DNA from: Octopus sinensis
Lineage: Eukaryota
NCBI RefSeq assembly: GCF_006345805.1
Contig: NC_043002.1
Location: 8,060,001 to 8,124,000, forward strand
Direction: 5' to 3'
DNA length: 64,000 bases
Positions 48,459 through 61,948 of this stretch are shown here, in pieces. The notes below the pieces were generated by a model. That model did no database searches. It saw only the letters and a program-made list of their open reading frames with translations, and was not told where the DNA came from. Both the position numbers and the translations under genes were made by a program. Numbering within the stretch: position 1 is the first letter of the stretch; every line of letters begins with the position of its first letter.

Positions 48459-48630
48459 TATGGGGTTACCCTGGGTTTCACGTCCCTAAAGCGTTTCTTC
48501 AGGCCCTAAACCCTTTGGCCTATGGTAGAAAGGATACTTGCTAGAGAAGCCATAGGCCAATGGGTTTAGGGTCTGAAGAACGCTGTAAAGCTAAGCGATT
48601 TATGGACGTGAAACCCAGGGTAGCCACATA
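48459..48630. mobile_element. 172-bp foldback/MITE with about 67-bp arms
   Basis: TATGGGGTTACCCTGGGTTTCACGTCC...TTTGGCCTATGG pairs with CCATAGGCCAA...GGACGTGAAACCCAGGGTAGCCACATA; 24-nt spacer; one bulge. Confidence 0.85.
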
Positions 48631-48717
48631 CAGGGGCTATATCTATCTTTATTAATATACTCTATAAATTATAGAGTTTGCTTTTTTTTCGGATTGATGA
48701 TCCAATGACAATATATA

Positions 48718-49762
48718 CAGAGTGGTTGGACAAAATAATGGAAACACCTAGCATCATAGCATCATAATTTTGAAATATCTATAAAACCGTCAAAAGCTTG
48801 TTTATTTTTATGTTTTTTGATTTGTTATTAGTGTTGCTTAATATGTTTTGATAAATTTGCTGTTTCTTTTCAGATATCATCAGAAAAGGGTAATTAAAAT
48901 TCATTGACAGATCTATCAGACTTTCATAGAGGTCAAATTGTTGGTGCTCGTATGTTAGGCGCTAGCGTAACGAAAACAGCTGAAATGTTTGGTGTATCAA
49001 GAAAGTAATGACAGCGTTTGAGAAAGAGGGAAAAACCTCGTCGAACAAAACTCCGGAAGAAAACCAAAACTTTCAGACTTTCGGACTCTTGTGCGAACTG
49101 TTAGAAAGATTCACAAAAATACAGCTCCCGAAATTACTGCAGATATTAATGACCACCTTGAGAACCCAGTTTCCATAAAACCGGACATCACGAGAGGGCT
49201 GCAATCACAAGACCACTATTTTCAAAAGCAAACATTGCAAAGCGTTTACAGTGGAGTAAAAACCTACAGAATTGGTCCCTAGAGCAGTGGAAGAATGTTA
49301 TTTTTTCAGACGAGTCACCCTTTACTTTATTTCCGACCACCGGCCGAGTATGCGTGTGGAGAAAGCCAAAAGAAGCATTTGACCCAGACTGCATTCTTCC
49401 AACAGTTAAACATGGAGGAGGATCTGTGATTATCCACCGGTCCAATTGCTTCCCTCGTGGCAGAATTAATAGTCAAGACTATTTAAGCATTTTATCTGAT
49501 CAAATTCATCCTATGGTTGTGGAAAACGCAAACTTTCAGAATGATAATGCACCAATTCACACAGCTAAAATTGTTACTGAATGGCATGAGGAGCATTCTA
49601 GTGAAGATGAACATCTTATCTGTCCACCACAGTCCCCAGATCTCAATATTATTGAACATTTGTGGTGCATTTTAGAAAAACAAGAAAGGAGTCGATATCC
49701 TCTACCATCATCACTACAAGAACTGGAGACTGTTTTAGCTGAAGAAAGGGCAAACATTCTCT
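48718..49762 (+). mobile_element. Tc1-like element, DD36E spacing, 3'-truncated; transposase pseudogene from about 48905
   Basis: TA-CAGAGTGGTTGGACAAAATAATGGAAACACC TIR; DLSDFHRGQIVGAR, NVIFSDES, PTVKHGGGSV, QNDNAPIH...QSPDLNIIEHLW with 36 residues between D and E. Confidence 0.92.
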
Positions 49763-49884
49763 CAGTGGTGTCGGGCGTCAACGAAGAGCCCACGACTACA
49801 AGACGACCATTTTTTTTCAAGGTCTGAGGTCTCCCGCCCCTAACCCCTAGACCATCACCTAATCACCCATACCCGTCTTGTTGC

Positions 49885-49910
49885 TTAACAACAACAACAG
49901 CAGCAGCAAC

Positions 49911-49957
<47 letters not shown>

Positions 49958-50205
49958 TGGTGGTGGTGGTGGTGGTTTTGGTGGTGGTAGTAGTAGTAGT
50001 AGTAGTAATATTAGTAGTAGTAGTGGCACCAGCAGCAGCACCAGCAGCAGCACCAGCAGCAGCACCAGCAGCAGCACCAGCAGTAGTAGTAGTAGTGGTG
50101 GTGGTGGTGGTAGTGGTAGTGGTAGTAGTAGCAGCAGCAGCAGCAGCAGCAGTAGCAGTAGTAGTAGTAGTAGTATTAGTAGTAGTAGTAGTAGTAGTAG
50201 TAGTT
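49885..50205. repeat. (TAG/TGG/CAG)n compound array
   Basis: Directly visible; a second (TAG)n run lies at 50915-51000. Confidence 0.95.
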
Positions 50206-50927
50206 AGTAATGGAAACTAATTTATAAGCAGAAAATAACTAGTGACTACTTGTTTTGTTGAAGATGGCAGTCTTCAACTCTTAGTAACACTTGGATCAAA
50301 TGTCCTGAAGTCAAAGCCTTAGATTCCCCTGGATTTTAATCAATCGGATCGTAATAACCATAGCGATATATATATAAAAATAATAATAATAATAATAAAT
50401 CTCACCGTTCTCTTTTCAAGGACAGTCGTATCAATGGATTTTGTATGAGGATTGACTAAAATAAAGGGCGATTTATTGGTGTAAAAATTTAATAAACTCG
50501 ATCCACCCAGAGACAGAAACTGCCGAGTCTGGTTTACTATTGTTTCTAAACCGGATAACTAGAATTAGTGCTTCCTTCCTTTCAAACTTCTACTCGAGAC
50601 AAAGCAAAATAAACAAAGATTATGCATTCAATTTGCTTGTTGGCAAATTTCCTTTCATTGCACGCTTGATCGGACCAGGATATGGCACCCCATGGGGCTT
50701 CCAATTACAATCAGCATTTCAATGAGTTTGTTAAAAAAAAAAATAAATAAAAATGATAGAATATAAACCATAAAAAAAAAACACAAAAAAAAAGACTTTC
50801 GGAACAGCCACAAAAACCAACGACTAGAACGGCAATCGCAAGTAGCATTCGTAACAATAGCAACACAGAACAACAACAATTACTGCTATAGCTTAGTAGT
50901 AATGGTGGTAGAAGTAGTAGTAGTAGT

Positions 50928-51000
<73 letters not shown>

Positions 51001-51104
51001 AGAAACAATTGTATCGACAACACAAACAACTACATGGACAACTATTCTTAACCGCAAGCCAAACAGGAGTAATAACAATACCAACAACAATTATAAACAC
51101 ATCT

Positions 51105-51165
<61 letters not shown>

Positions 51166-51188
51166 CCTCTCTCTCCATATATATGTTT

Positions 51189-51221
<33 letters not shown>

Positions 51222-51355
51222 GTGAGAATTTACAAAAAACAAAAGACGAAGACGGGTGTGTAAACAACAAACAGATGTATTAGTTTAACGGTCGGGAAAT
51301 AAATAAATAAATATATATATATATATATACATATATATATTATATATATATATAT

Positions 51356-51401
<46 letters not shown>

Positions 51402-51943
51402 GTGAGAGAGAGAGATAGGTATATGTGTCCATTTATACACATATATATTCATACATACATAGTTATACACACACATACACATTCTCACACACATAAACTA
51501 AATGTATACACAAACATATGCGTACATGCTTCCATACATACGTACACACATGGATACACAGACACACATAACCCATAACTTTGCTAGACAAACCACAACT
51601 TGTAAGAAGCACAACAAGGTAAAACAAAATCAAAATCAATTACTACTAAAAACAGGACACCAACATCACAAAAGCGACTAAAAGAACAGGTTTTCTTAAC
51701 TCTGGGCAGAAATAACAACACAAACAAGAGCAACAACTACGATGGTATTATAACCACTACACAAACCACAACGGGACAATGCAATACAATAACAACTGTT
51801 ATCAATAATCCCACGAACAACAACAGCTGCAAAAAAAAATAACTACCAATCATAGAAAATAATGGGAACACTAATAACACTCATATATAATATATATAAA
51901 TCAGTAAATGGTAGGGTTGTGTTAACCGCACGTGGAGAAATGA

Positions 51944-52262
51944 TAGGAGAGGAAAAAATAATAAGGCAGAATGCTAAATTGAAAGTAAATTTTAATAAAA
52001 ATGGGTGCATGCACAATTAAAAAAGAAAAAATAATAGATCAAACCGGTTTTCATTGTAAAGCAAATTTTCAAGATTTGGAAGAGGAATTTCCCTTCCTCA
52101 ATTTAAAAAAAATTTCTTTTCCCCTTCAAAATCTTGAAAATTTACTTTACAGTGAAAACCGGTTTGATCTATTGTTTTTTTCTTTTTTAATTGTCCATAC
52201 ACCCATTTTTATTAAAATTTACTTTCGATTTAGCATTCTGCCTTATATTTTTCCTGTTCTAT
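51944..52262. mobile_element. About 320-bp foldback element with about 135-bp arms
   Basis: AGGAAAAAATAATAAGGCAGAATGCTAAAT...CAAGATTTGGAAG pairs with CTTCAAAATCTTG...ATTTAGCATTCTGCCTTATATTTTTCCT. Confidence 0.9.
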
Positions 52263-52396
52263 ATATATATATATAAATGCAAATGGGACAAGAACGCAAA
52301 ACATTCAAATAGACGACACAAAAAACGGACGGGCCATTCGAAGCCTCTAATCTTCAGTCATGAACCGGATCATCATATATATATATATATATATTA

Positions 52397-52908
52397 CATG
52401 GGGAAATGCGAGCATGAAAATAATATTCTTAAGATTATAAACCTGGAAAAGTACAGGACAAGTTATTACATCTGTAAAAGTATAGGACAAGCTATTACTT
52501 CTAGTAAAGTAAAGAATAAGAAACTTTTTATTTAAAATATTGCAGCTAAGAATCCAGTTCTTCTAATTTATCTCGCTTTACAGTTCTCATCTTTTAAATG
52601 TATTGTACAAAACTGTTCAGCTAATTTGTAAGTTTGTCTAATTAGTCAGTTTTTTCTGTATTTAAAGATGTAAATTAGCCAAATTCTACTTAAATAAGTA
52701 TGGTGTTATTTGCAAATTATAATAAAATAAGTCCTAATATTCAAATTTTAATTTTAGCTACAATATTTTAAGTAAAAAGTTTCTTATTCTTTACTTTACT
52801 AGAAGCAATAGCTTGTCCTATACTTTTACAGGTGTAATAACTTGTCCAGTACTTTTCCAGGTTTATAATCTTTAGAATATTACTTTTCATGCTCGCATTT
52901 TTTCCATG
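52397..52908. mobile_element. 512-bp MITE with about 150-bp TIRs and TA flanks (Tc1/mariner-type)
   Basis: TA|CATGGGGAAATGCGAGCATGAAAA... and ...TTTTCATGCTCGCATTTTTTCCATG|TA. Confidence 0.9.
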
Positions 52909-53479
52909 TAATCCATGATTTTTTTTGGGCATTGCTGTTATAAGATAATTAATAATGAGTCAATAATTTAAGATTTTACCTTATAAAATACTGAAAGATA
53001 ATATTTCAATTTTTCCATGTAAGTGATGATAATATTTCAATTTTTTTCACGTTTAATTTAAATATATGTTGTGATTGAATTATTTGATATTACCCATCCA
53101 CACCAAATTAATGGCAGGGATTTTTACCATCTTGTTGGTTGCACCATGGCTCACCAAAAGTTACAAACAACAAAACCCCAAAACCATCAGTTACCAGGCT
53201 CACCTTAAGTAACCTAATTTTGCAATATTAGGCGGTCACAGGAATTCATTCAACGAAAAAAAGAATTCCAATGATTCTGGGATTGATGCACCCCCCACCT
53301 ATCGCATTTTTTCCAAACCAAAATAAGGGATATTAGGAGGTAAGGGTACTTGATTCCACGCAAAAGAGCAATTTTTTGTTGTTGTTGTTGTTGTTGTTTT
53401 TTTCTTTTTTTTTTTTTTTTCTTAGTGAAAATCGTGCGGGTGTTAATATAGAAATTTACCATAATGTTGCGAACTAGGA

Positions 53480-53955
53480 CAGTGTATTCAAATCTTGTAT
53501 AAAAGACGCTATGCGCTTCCAACCTGTATCTCTTAATAATCGTTGGTAACTGCCTCCACAGTGAAGATCTTCTCATCGATCTTTGTTAAAGGCACATTTC
53601 ATCTCAGCTAACATGGTTTTACTCCTGTCGCGCTGTTTCTTCTTGAAAGCTTCTGAAATGTTCTGCCGGAATTGTTAGCTTTAAATTCTCTGAAAACTCC
53701 TCTGCATTGACGATTTCGAAATATAAAGAGCTTTTGCAGTTTTTCTTGCACTCCTGCGGAGATTTCGGTTTATTCACTTCACAGCTCCAAGAGTTTGCTC
53801 GGTACAAATTCATCCTTTCCTACCAGGAATTAGCTTGCTAGAGGTAGTAGTGGACTCCATACATCGTTTCCAGGTATTGAACACAGTTTTACGACACACA
53901 TTCAACTGTTTCAGGAAGAGTTTTAAGCTTGGGTAAATCTCTCTGGAACACCCTG
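53480..53955 (-). mobile_element. maT (DD37D)-like transposon 5' fragment, decayed
   Basis: Minus strand TA-CAGGGTGTTCCAGAGAG terminus; KKKQRDRSKTMLAEMK and DEKIFTVEAVTN motifs. Confidence 0.7.
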
Positions 53956-54539
53956 TAGATTCTCCCATCGATAGCGATGCATGATAGTCCAGTGATGTAT
54001 GAGAGGGCCCACAAATAATTTGTTTTCAATGATAAAGGCTTGTGTAAGACCAGCTACACTTTTTAGAAATATTAATAGCAGAACGTTGGTGCAGGTGTTT
54101 TCCACAAACACAATGAACAATATACCTCAGGCTTTTCTATTAAAGTTCTTCATCTCCCGGATTTACTGCTTTCGGCACGACTCAATAGTCAACCCCTTCC
54201 CCTTCCTCAGTAGGCTAAATGCGCACCTAGAATCAAACCAGAAATTGCTAAGTCCTCACGCATGTGCGCGCGCGGTGTGTTTGTATGTATGTGTACTTAT
54301 ATATATTATGTAGTTCTTGGACTATTCTTTTCCTTCTCCCCAGACATTTCGTCATTTTCCTTTCTGATAAAAAAAAGCCATGCTCAAAGCGTCACACACC
54401 TTTCTTCATCTTAAACTGAGTGTCAACCTACATTCACCGAGTAAGTCCTTTTGACTTTTATTGATTTTTGACTTTATTCTTGTTTTTATTTTTGATCTGC
54501 CAATATATGTGTGTGTGTGTGTGTGTATGTGCGTGTGTG

Positions 54540-54640
54540 TCTTTTGTCCTTTGTCTTCTAGTCATTGGACTGCAGCCATGCTAGGGCACTGCCTTGAAGG
54601 GTTGAACAACTCGACTCCAGTTCATTTTTTTTCTGGTCCT
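54540..54640 (-). mobile_element. Old SINE family A-type tail
   Basis: GTCATTGGACTGCAGCCATGCTAGGGCAC. Confidence 0.55.
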
Positions 54641-54791
54641 TAATGTATCATTCTACAAAACATATACGATATATGGTACCATACAAGAGAAAACAGTAAG
54701 AAGTGTATATGGTCACAAATGACAGAAATATTTTGATGAATTTTATTTAACAGTAAGAAAATTCTAATTCCACAACAAATTGTTTCGTATC

Positions 54792-54882
<91 letters not shown>

Positions 54883-55089
54883 ATTGTCCAGCCCTTTGAA
54901 ATAAAGGTACTACTCATTTTTGCCAGCTGAATGGATTGGAGCAACGTGAAATAAAGTGTCATGCTCAAGTACACAACACGACCTTACAATCGATCGTAAA
55001 CCGAATGCCCTAACCACTAGCCACGCGTCTTCACTATATAATATATATATATATATAGATCTCTTAAGCACCACCAGCTCAAATATTGT

Positions 55090-55262
55090 CTCCTCTGTCT
55101 TCCTCCTTGGGATCTTTCCTTCTCCTGTTTCCGACGAAGAGCTCCGCTCGAAACTTAAACCCTCCTCCCTTCTTTCCTGAGCGTCAATAATACTTTATTG
55201 TTCCACGTCCTGCGTTGCTGTGTTTTTTTCTCTTTTTTTTCTGTGTTTTCTTGTTTGGATTA
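55090..55262 (+). mobile_element. Penelope pLTR-like relic with variant minimal hammerhead motif (55126-55160)
   Basis: GTTT-CCGACGA-A-GAGC-TCC-GCTC-GAAAC-TTA-AAC. Confidence 0.5.
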
Positions 55263-55278
55263 ACTTTAATATATATAT

Positions 55279-55315
<37 letters not shown>

Positions 55316-55584
55316 GAAACGACCTCGAACCTACAAGAGTAAAAAGAGAGACAGAGACGGGCAGAAACAAGGAAAATGCCCCTTGTATTTGAATACTACG
55401 CAAATATATTTTTTTAAAACTTTTCTTTTAATTTTTCCAAAATTCAATTGTTTTCCATACTTACAGTTGAAAAAGTCTCAATGACTGAAACCGGTACTGA
55501 AATGCTTTTTATAAAATTATTTTAGCATTTTCTACCTTGACTTTTTTTACATATATATATTATATATATAATATATATATATAC

Positions 55585-55811
55585 TATTGTGTCTGGGGAG
55601 AGTCATTTTTCTTTTTGTGCCTTATTATGTAACACACTCACCGGTAAAATATCCACGTTTTTTACTTTTTTTTTTATTGTCCGTGGAAATTTTGCCGGTG
55701 AGTGTGTTACATAATAAGGCACAAAAGAAAATGACTCACCCCAGACACAATAGAATATGCTTCAACACACGAACTCATATAAAGAATTTGTAAACTAAAT
55801 CCAAAAACGAA

Positions 55812-55814
<3 letters not shown>
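55585..55814 (+). mobile_element. Palindrome-plus-tail element, copy 2 (about 168-bp palindrome)
   Basis: TATTGTGTCTGGGGAGAGTCATTT...AAATGACTCACCCCAGACACAATA plus tail ending CCAAAAACGAAATA. Confidence 0.9.
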
Positions 55815-55872
<58 letters not shown>

Positions 55873-55875
<3 letters not shown>

Positions 55876-56035
55876 GACAGGCTTCCTTTAGTTTCTGTCT
55901 ACCAAATCCTCTGACAAGACTTTGGTCGGTCCGAAGCTATATCCGAAGATACCTGCTCAAGATGTCATGCAGTGGAACTGAACCAGGGACCATGTGGTTT
56001 GGAAGTAAGCTTCTTACCACACAGCCACGCGTGTA
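55873..56035 (-). mobile_element. SINE family A head and core, diverged
   Basis: Reverse complement of the family A 5' half. Confidence 0.8.
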
Positions 56036-56595
56036 CATATAAGTGCCTGTTTTCGTTTATATGCAAATGGTTAGACAGAAACGTAGTGGCGATAATGACG
56101 TAATGCCTTGACGAGAACGTGACGCTCAATGCTAGTGAATTGTATAACAATGAAACCAACTGTAAATGGAAGGTTAAAACGAATGCTGGGTTACGTAGTA
56201 TAGAACAAGAGGACAAACCGAACTGACAGAGCCGCCATCGATAACAATAAGTGAATCGTAAAAATTAATATAGATCAATCATATGAGCTAAGATGCGAAT
56301 AAAAAAAGACGTTGTGTAAGAGATCGATATAGATCGATCATTTATACGTGTTACCAAACAATTGCTCATACATGTGTGTATATATGTTTAAGCGCATGCT
56401 TGTATATATGATTGAGTGAAAAGTTATGTCTTTGTATGTGGGGGTGTATATGTGTGTGTGTATGTGTAAGTGTGTGTGTGCATGTGTGTGTGTGTGTGTG
56501 TGTGTGGAGAGGGACAGACAGATAGACAGATAATATAGATATAAAACTTATATACATATTAAATGCTACTATAACATAGATATATACGACATATA

Positions 56596-57010
56596 GGCGC
56601 AGGAGTGGCTGTGTGGTAAGTAGCTTGCTTACCAACCACATGGTTCCGGGTTCAGTCCCACTGCGTGGCATCTTGGGAAAGAATCTTCCACTATAGCCTC
56701 GGGCCGACCAAAGCCTTGTGAGTGGATTTGGTAGACGGAAACTGAAAGAAGCCCGTCGCATATATGTATATATATGTGTGTGTGTGTATGTTTGTGTGTC
56801 TGTGTTTGTCCTCCCTAGCATTGCTTGACAACCGATGCTGGTGTGTTTATGTCCTCGTCACTTAGCGGTGCGGCAAAAAGAGACCGATAGAATAAGTACT
56901 CGGCTTACAAAGAATAAGTCCCGGGGTCGATTTTCTCGACTAAGAGCGGTGCTCCAGCATGGCCGCAGTCTAATGAGTGAAACAAACAAGTAAAAGATAA
57001 AGGATAAAAG
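56596..57010 (+). mobile_element. SINE family A, full length
   Basis: As the 9034 copy. Confidence 0.92.
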
Positions 57011-57180
57011 ATATAAATATATCTGTATATAGTTACACACACGCACACACATACTCACACAGAGGCATGCACACACACGCACGCACACATATATATTATA
57101 TTATATATCTATACATATATATATATTATATGTGTATATAGTATACATATATATAATATATATATATATATGTATATATA

Positions 57181-57345
57181 GGCGCAGGAGAGGCTGTCTA
57201 GTAAGTAGCTTGATTACAAATCACATGGTTCCGGGTTCAGTCCCACCGCGAGACACCTTGGGCAAATGTCTTCTACTATAGCCTCGGGTCGACCAAATCC
57301 GTATGAGTCGATTTGGTACACGGAAACTGAAAGAAGCCTGCCGTA
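57181..57345 (+). mobile_element. SINE family A head and core
   Basis: As the 9034 copy, ending at the internal (TA) tract. Confidence 0.85.
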
Positions 57346-57359
57346 TATATATATATACA

Positions 57360-57625
57360 TATAGAAGAGCGTATGCTCTTCCTACGTACAATCTTACTAC
57401 TTTTAGTGCTTATACCAATATTAAAATATGTGGAAGTTAAAAGGAGGTAATCATTAGCCACTACACATTTTTTCTCTCCTTGTTTTTTTCTGTGTCCCTT
57501 TCTGTAGAAGAGCGTAGGCTCGAAACGTAAAAGACTTTTTCTATTCCTGAGCGTTATACTAATACATCTGTTTGTTTTGTACACCACCTGTCTTCGTCTT
57601 TTGTTTTTTTCGTAAACTCTCCCTA
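57360..57625 (+). mobile_element. Penelope pLTR-like relic with variant minimal hammerhead motif (57495-57535)
   Basis: CTTT-CTGTAGA-A-GAGC-GTAG-GCTC-GAAAC-GTA-AAAG; a partial echo AGAAGAGCGTATGCTC sits at 57363. Confidence 0.55.
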
Positions 57626-57633
57626 TATATATA

Positions 57634-58225
57634 CAGCCTTGACCAAAAGTATTAGGCCACTCCAATGTTTTGGGGTTCTACTATCTCAATGTTAATGAAA
57701 TTCGTGCACATGGTAGATTATGACATATTTCACAATATACATTAGTATTAATATCTGGTTGACCCTCCTTTAGCATCAATTACCGCTTTTAAAAGGTTTG
57801 GCATTGAAACAACTAGTTTTTGCAGATGCGATTTTCTCCATTCTTCTCTCAACGCTTGGTACAAATGCTCTTTATTTTTAATTGTTGTGTTCTTGATAGC
57901 TTCCCCAAGAGTTTGCCATAGGTGTTCGATAGGATTTTGATTGGGACTTTGAGCTGGCCAGTCCATGGGAACAATACCATGTGTCTCAAACCATTGACGA
58001 ATAGTCTTCGCTGTATGTCATGGAACGTTGTCCTGTTGAAAAATAACAGTTTTTTTTTACACTCCTGGATGCAATTTAGCAATTGATGGCTCTAAAACAT
58101 CTGTTAACATAGAAACATAGGTAGCTGAACTCACCCTTCCCTGACATAAAAATACCAACATCGCTGTCGGTACTGCATCGATCTGCATTTTATTTTTGCC
58201 AAGGTCTTTGTAGAATCGTTTTGGA
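57634..58225 (-). mobile_element. Tc1 (DD34E) element 3' part with TIR, decayed
   Basis: TA-CAGCCTTGACCAAAAGTATTAGGCCAC; FQQDNVP*HTAK...WPAQSPNQNPIEHLW (34 spacing); KAVIDAKGGSTRY*. Confidence 0.9.
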
Positions 58226-58235
58226 TTATTATTAT

Positions 58236-58952
<717 letters not shown>

Positions 58953-59481
58953 GTTTTGTGTTGTTGTTGTTGTATTGATAATCTGAATTCTTGAAATGTC
59001 TAACGCGTACCATTAGTGTTTTTGGATATGACGTTGATTTTGTATAACCCTTTGTCCTATAATCCGAAATCTTTTGAAATAATTTCTTAGGATATCTATG
59101 TTTAATATTGAAAGTACACAGATCTCTACTCTACTGTACGACTCCATACTTACAATCAAAAGAATCAGTTGGATCCGATTTCTTGACAGTGATTATACGT
59201 GTCAAAAAATAGGCTCTCTCCAGCATCTATAATCTTGCTATTGTGCCACATATAATATTCTAGCAGTATTACTTAATTTCCATTTAGGGTTAGAGGCAAA
59301 AGCTCTGTCTACTTTTAGTTCTTTGTCATATACTGTTGTATATTTGTACTTTAGTTTCCGTGAGATTCCGCTTTATCTAGTAATTAGGTAGTTACTTGAG
59401 CAGGACATTGCCTACTCCATAGAGGTTTTTAGTTTTGTTAGAAAATAGAATTTTTTATAAGCAATATAAAATAATGAAATA

Positions 59482-59656
59482 GGCGCAGGAGTGGCTGTGT
59501 GGTAAGTAGCTTGCTAACCAACCACATGGTTCCGGATTCAGTCCCACTGCGTGGCATCTTGGGCAAGTGTCTTCTGCTATAGCCCCGGGTCGACCAATAC
59601 CTTGTGAGTGGATTTGGTAGACGGAAACTGAAAGAAGTCTGTCGTATATATGTATG

Positions 59657-59691
<35 letters not shown>

Positions 59692-59888
59692 CTGTGTTTG
59701 TCCCCCTAGCATTGCTTGACAACCGATGCTGGTGTGTTTATGTCCCCGTCACTTAGCGGTTCGGCAAAAGAGACCGATAGAATAAGTACTGGGCTTACAA
59801 AAGAATAAGTCCCGGGGTCGATTTGCTCGACTAAAGGCGATGCTCCAGCATGGCCGCAGTCAAATGCCTGAAACAAGTAAAAGAGTAA
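59482..59888 (+). mobile_element. SINE family A, full length
   Basis: As the 9034 copy. Confidence 0.92.
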
Positions 59889-60191
59889 TGGTTATGTATG
59901 TGTTACTCCAACTTTTATGCCTTGGTAAGACAATATTCAAGTCTTTATGTGTTACCATAGCCTAAAACTTTACAAACGTAATCATTTCGAGAAAACATTT
60001 TTAAAACTGTTCGTCTCCGCCGTATCGTTACGGAAAATACCAGATAAGCCACCCATAATTGGATACAACTCACCCAACAAAAACTCACTACTTGAATGGA
60101 CCATAAACAAAACTTGACTTAAGCAGGATTTAGATAATCCTATGAGGCGGTGCTATTAAGTTAGACATGGCCTGGACCAGTCTTTGGTCGA

Positions 60192-60290
60192 NNNNNNNNN
60201 NNNNNNNNNNNNNNNNNNNNNNNNNNNNNNNNNNNNNNNNNNNNNNNNNNNNNNNNNNNNNNNNNNNNNNNNNNNNNNNNNNNNNNNNNN
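60192..60290. other. Assembly gap (99 N)
   Basis: Run of N. Confidence 1.
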
Positions 60291-60415
60291 NACCTTGGGC
60301 AAGTGCCTTCTGCTATAGTCTCGGGCTGACCAAAGCCTTGTGAGTGGATTTGGTAGACGGAACTGAAAGAAGCCCGTCGTATATACGTATATATCTATAT
60401 ATATATATTGATATA

Positions 60416-60458
<43 letters not shown>

Positions 60459-60752
60459 GTATATATGTGTGGGTGTGTGTGTGTTGTGTGTATGTGTATA
60501 TATGTATGTATGTATATGTGTGTGAGTTTGTGTATCTGTGTTTGTCGTCCCCCCCAAACATCGCTTGACAACCGATGCTGGTGTGTTTACGTCCCCGTCA
60601 CTTAGCGGTTCGGCAAAAGAGACCGATAGAATAAGTACTGGGCTTACAAAGAATAAGTCCTGGGGTCGATTTGCTCGACTAAAGGCGGTGCTCCAGCGTG
60701 GCCGCAGTCAAATGACTGAAACAAGTAAAAGAGTAAAAGAGAGTAAAAGAGA
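60291..60752 (+). mobile_element. SINE family A (head lost in gap), expanded internal microsatellite, (GAGTAAAA)n-type tail
   Basis: Core, about 160-bp internal tract and complete tail. Confidence 0.9.
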
Positions 60753-61078
60753 GTAAAAGAGTATCCACTTAAAATTTTTGAAAACCCATAATATTTGATT
60801 CATTGAAAAAAAAAAGAAACTGCGAAGGAGGAACTGGTTGAACGCCGGTTTAATGATACTACACATTATGTATTTCCTACGAATTTGTATAATTTGTGTA
60901 ATGGATCTGCATGTCAAATACTTTCAGTATTATTGGGGATTAAATTAAAACTCAGACCCAATCTCAGAACAATGTGATGTTCCTTGAATCGTTGCTGGAC
61001 TTAATGAACTTTTGCAAACACACTGTCTCTCTCTCATATATACACAGATTCATCATTCTGAATAGATTATTTAATCAA

Positions 61079-61473
61079 CTAGCAGTATCGCCCGGCGTTG
61101 CTCGGGTTTGTAAGGGAAATAACTATAAAGCATTTTTAGAGAGTTATAACCAAACAATAGCAAAAAAATGCATTAAAAATGGAAAAAAAATTATGGTAAT
61201 TTTTTTTTTAAATCGTTGACTCATCGTAGACATTTTTAGAGAGTTACTTCCCTTATATAATAGCTAAAAATGCATTAAAATGGAAAAAATGATGGTAAAT
61301 TATTTTTAAAATCGTAGACTCATCGTAGACGCGCGCTAATATCCAGAAGGGCTCGATATGAATTACGACTATAAGATACCCGGTTTTGGTTAAACTGCAC
61401 CGCAAAATGTAGGAGTAGTTAGGAATCTAAATCGTAGGAGACAGACACACAACTTCACTTTTATATATAAAGA
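61079..61473 (-). mobile_element. Complete 395-bp non-autonomous Helitron
   Basis: 5' A|TCTTTATATATAAAAG; 3' hairpin CCCGAGCAACGCCGGG then CTAG|T; internal about 100-bp tandem duplication (61131-61330). Confidence 0.88.
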
Positions 61474-61717
61474 TATCATTTCGTATTTTAGATACCTGTT
61501 TCTTTCATTTCATATTATTTACATTTCAACTTTTCATTTTACTGATTCATTCTTCTGGGTTTTTTTTATCACTTTGTTGATTTGTTTGGACATTATTACA
61601 TACTTTATATCACGTTGAAAGAGAATGGGATCAACAGGGTCAAGAGATGGTGCCAAACAGTGTGGGGGGAAGCGACAAGGGCCAGGAAACAGCTGAAATG
61701 ACGGCTGTATGACTCCA

Positions 61718-61948
61718 GGCGGCAAGCTGGCAGAAACGTTAGCACGCCGGGCGAAATGCTAAGCGGTATTTCCTCTGCCGTTACGTTCTGAGTTCAAATT
61801 CTTCCGAGGTCGACTTTGACTTTCATCCTTTCGGGGTCGATAAATTAAGTACCAGTCACGCACTGGGGTCGATGTAATCGACTTAAACCGTTTGTCTGTC
61901 TTTGTTTGTCCTCTCTGTGTTTAGCCCCTTGTGGGTAATAAAGAAATA
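61718..61948 (+). mobile_element. SINE family B, head plus one unit
   Basis: As the 24058 copy. Confidence 0.92.

Noticed and set aside
52330-52370. CTGAAGA...GAA on the minus strand as a hammerhead
   Set aside because: No helix II pairing and no GAAA/NUH geometry.
53400-53470. Strong plus-strand acceptor at 53415
   Set aside because: Stops in all three frames within 55 nt; downstream sequence is the antisense of a transposase relic.
59000-59470. Ancient CR1-like 3' relic on the minus strand
   Set aside because: Resemblance too faint to support.
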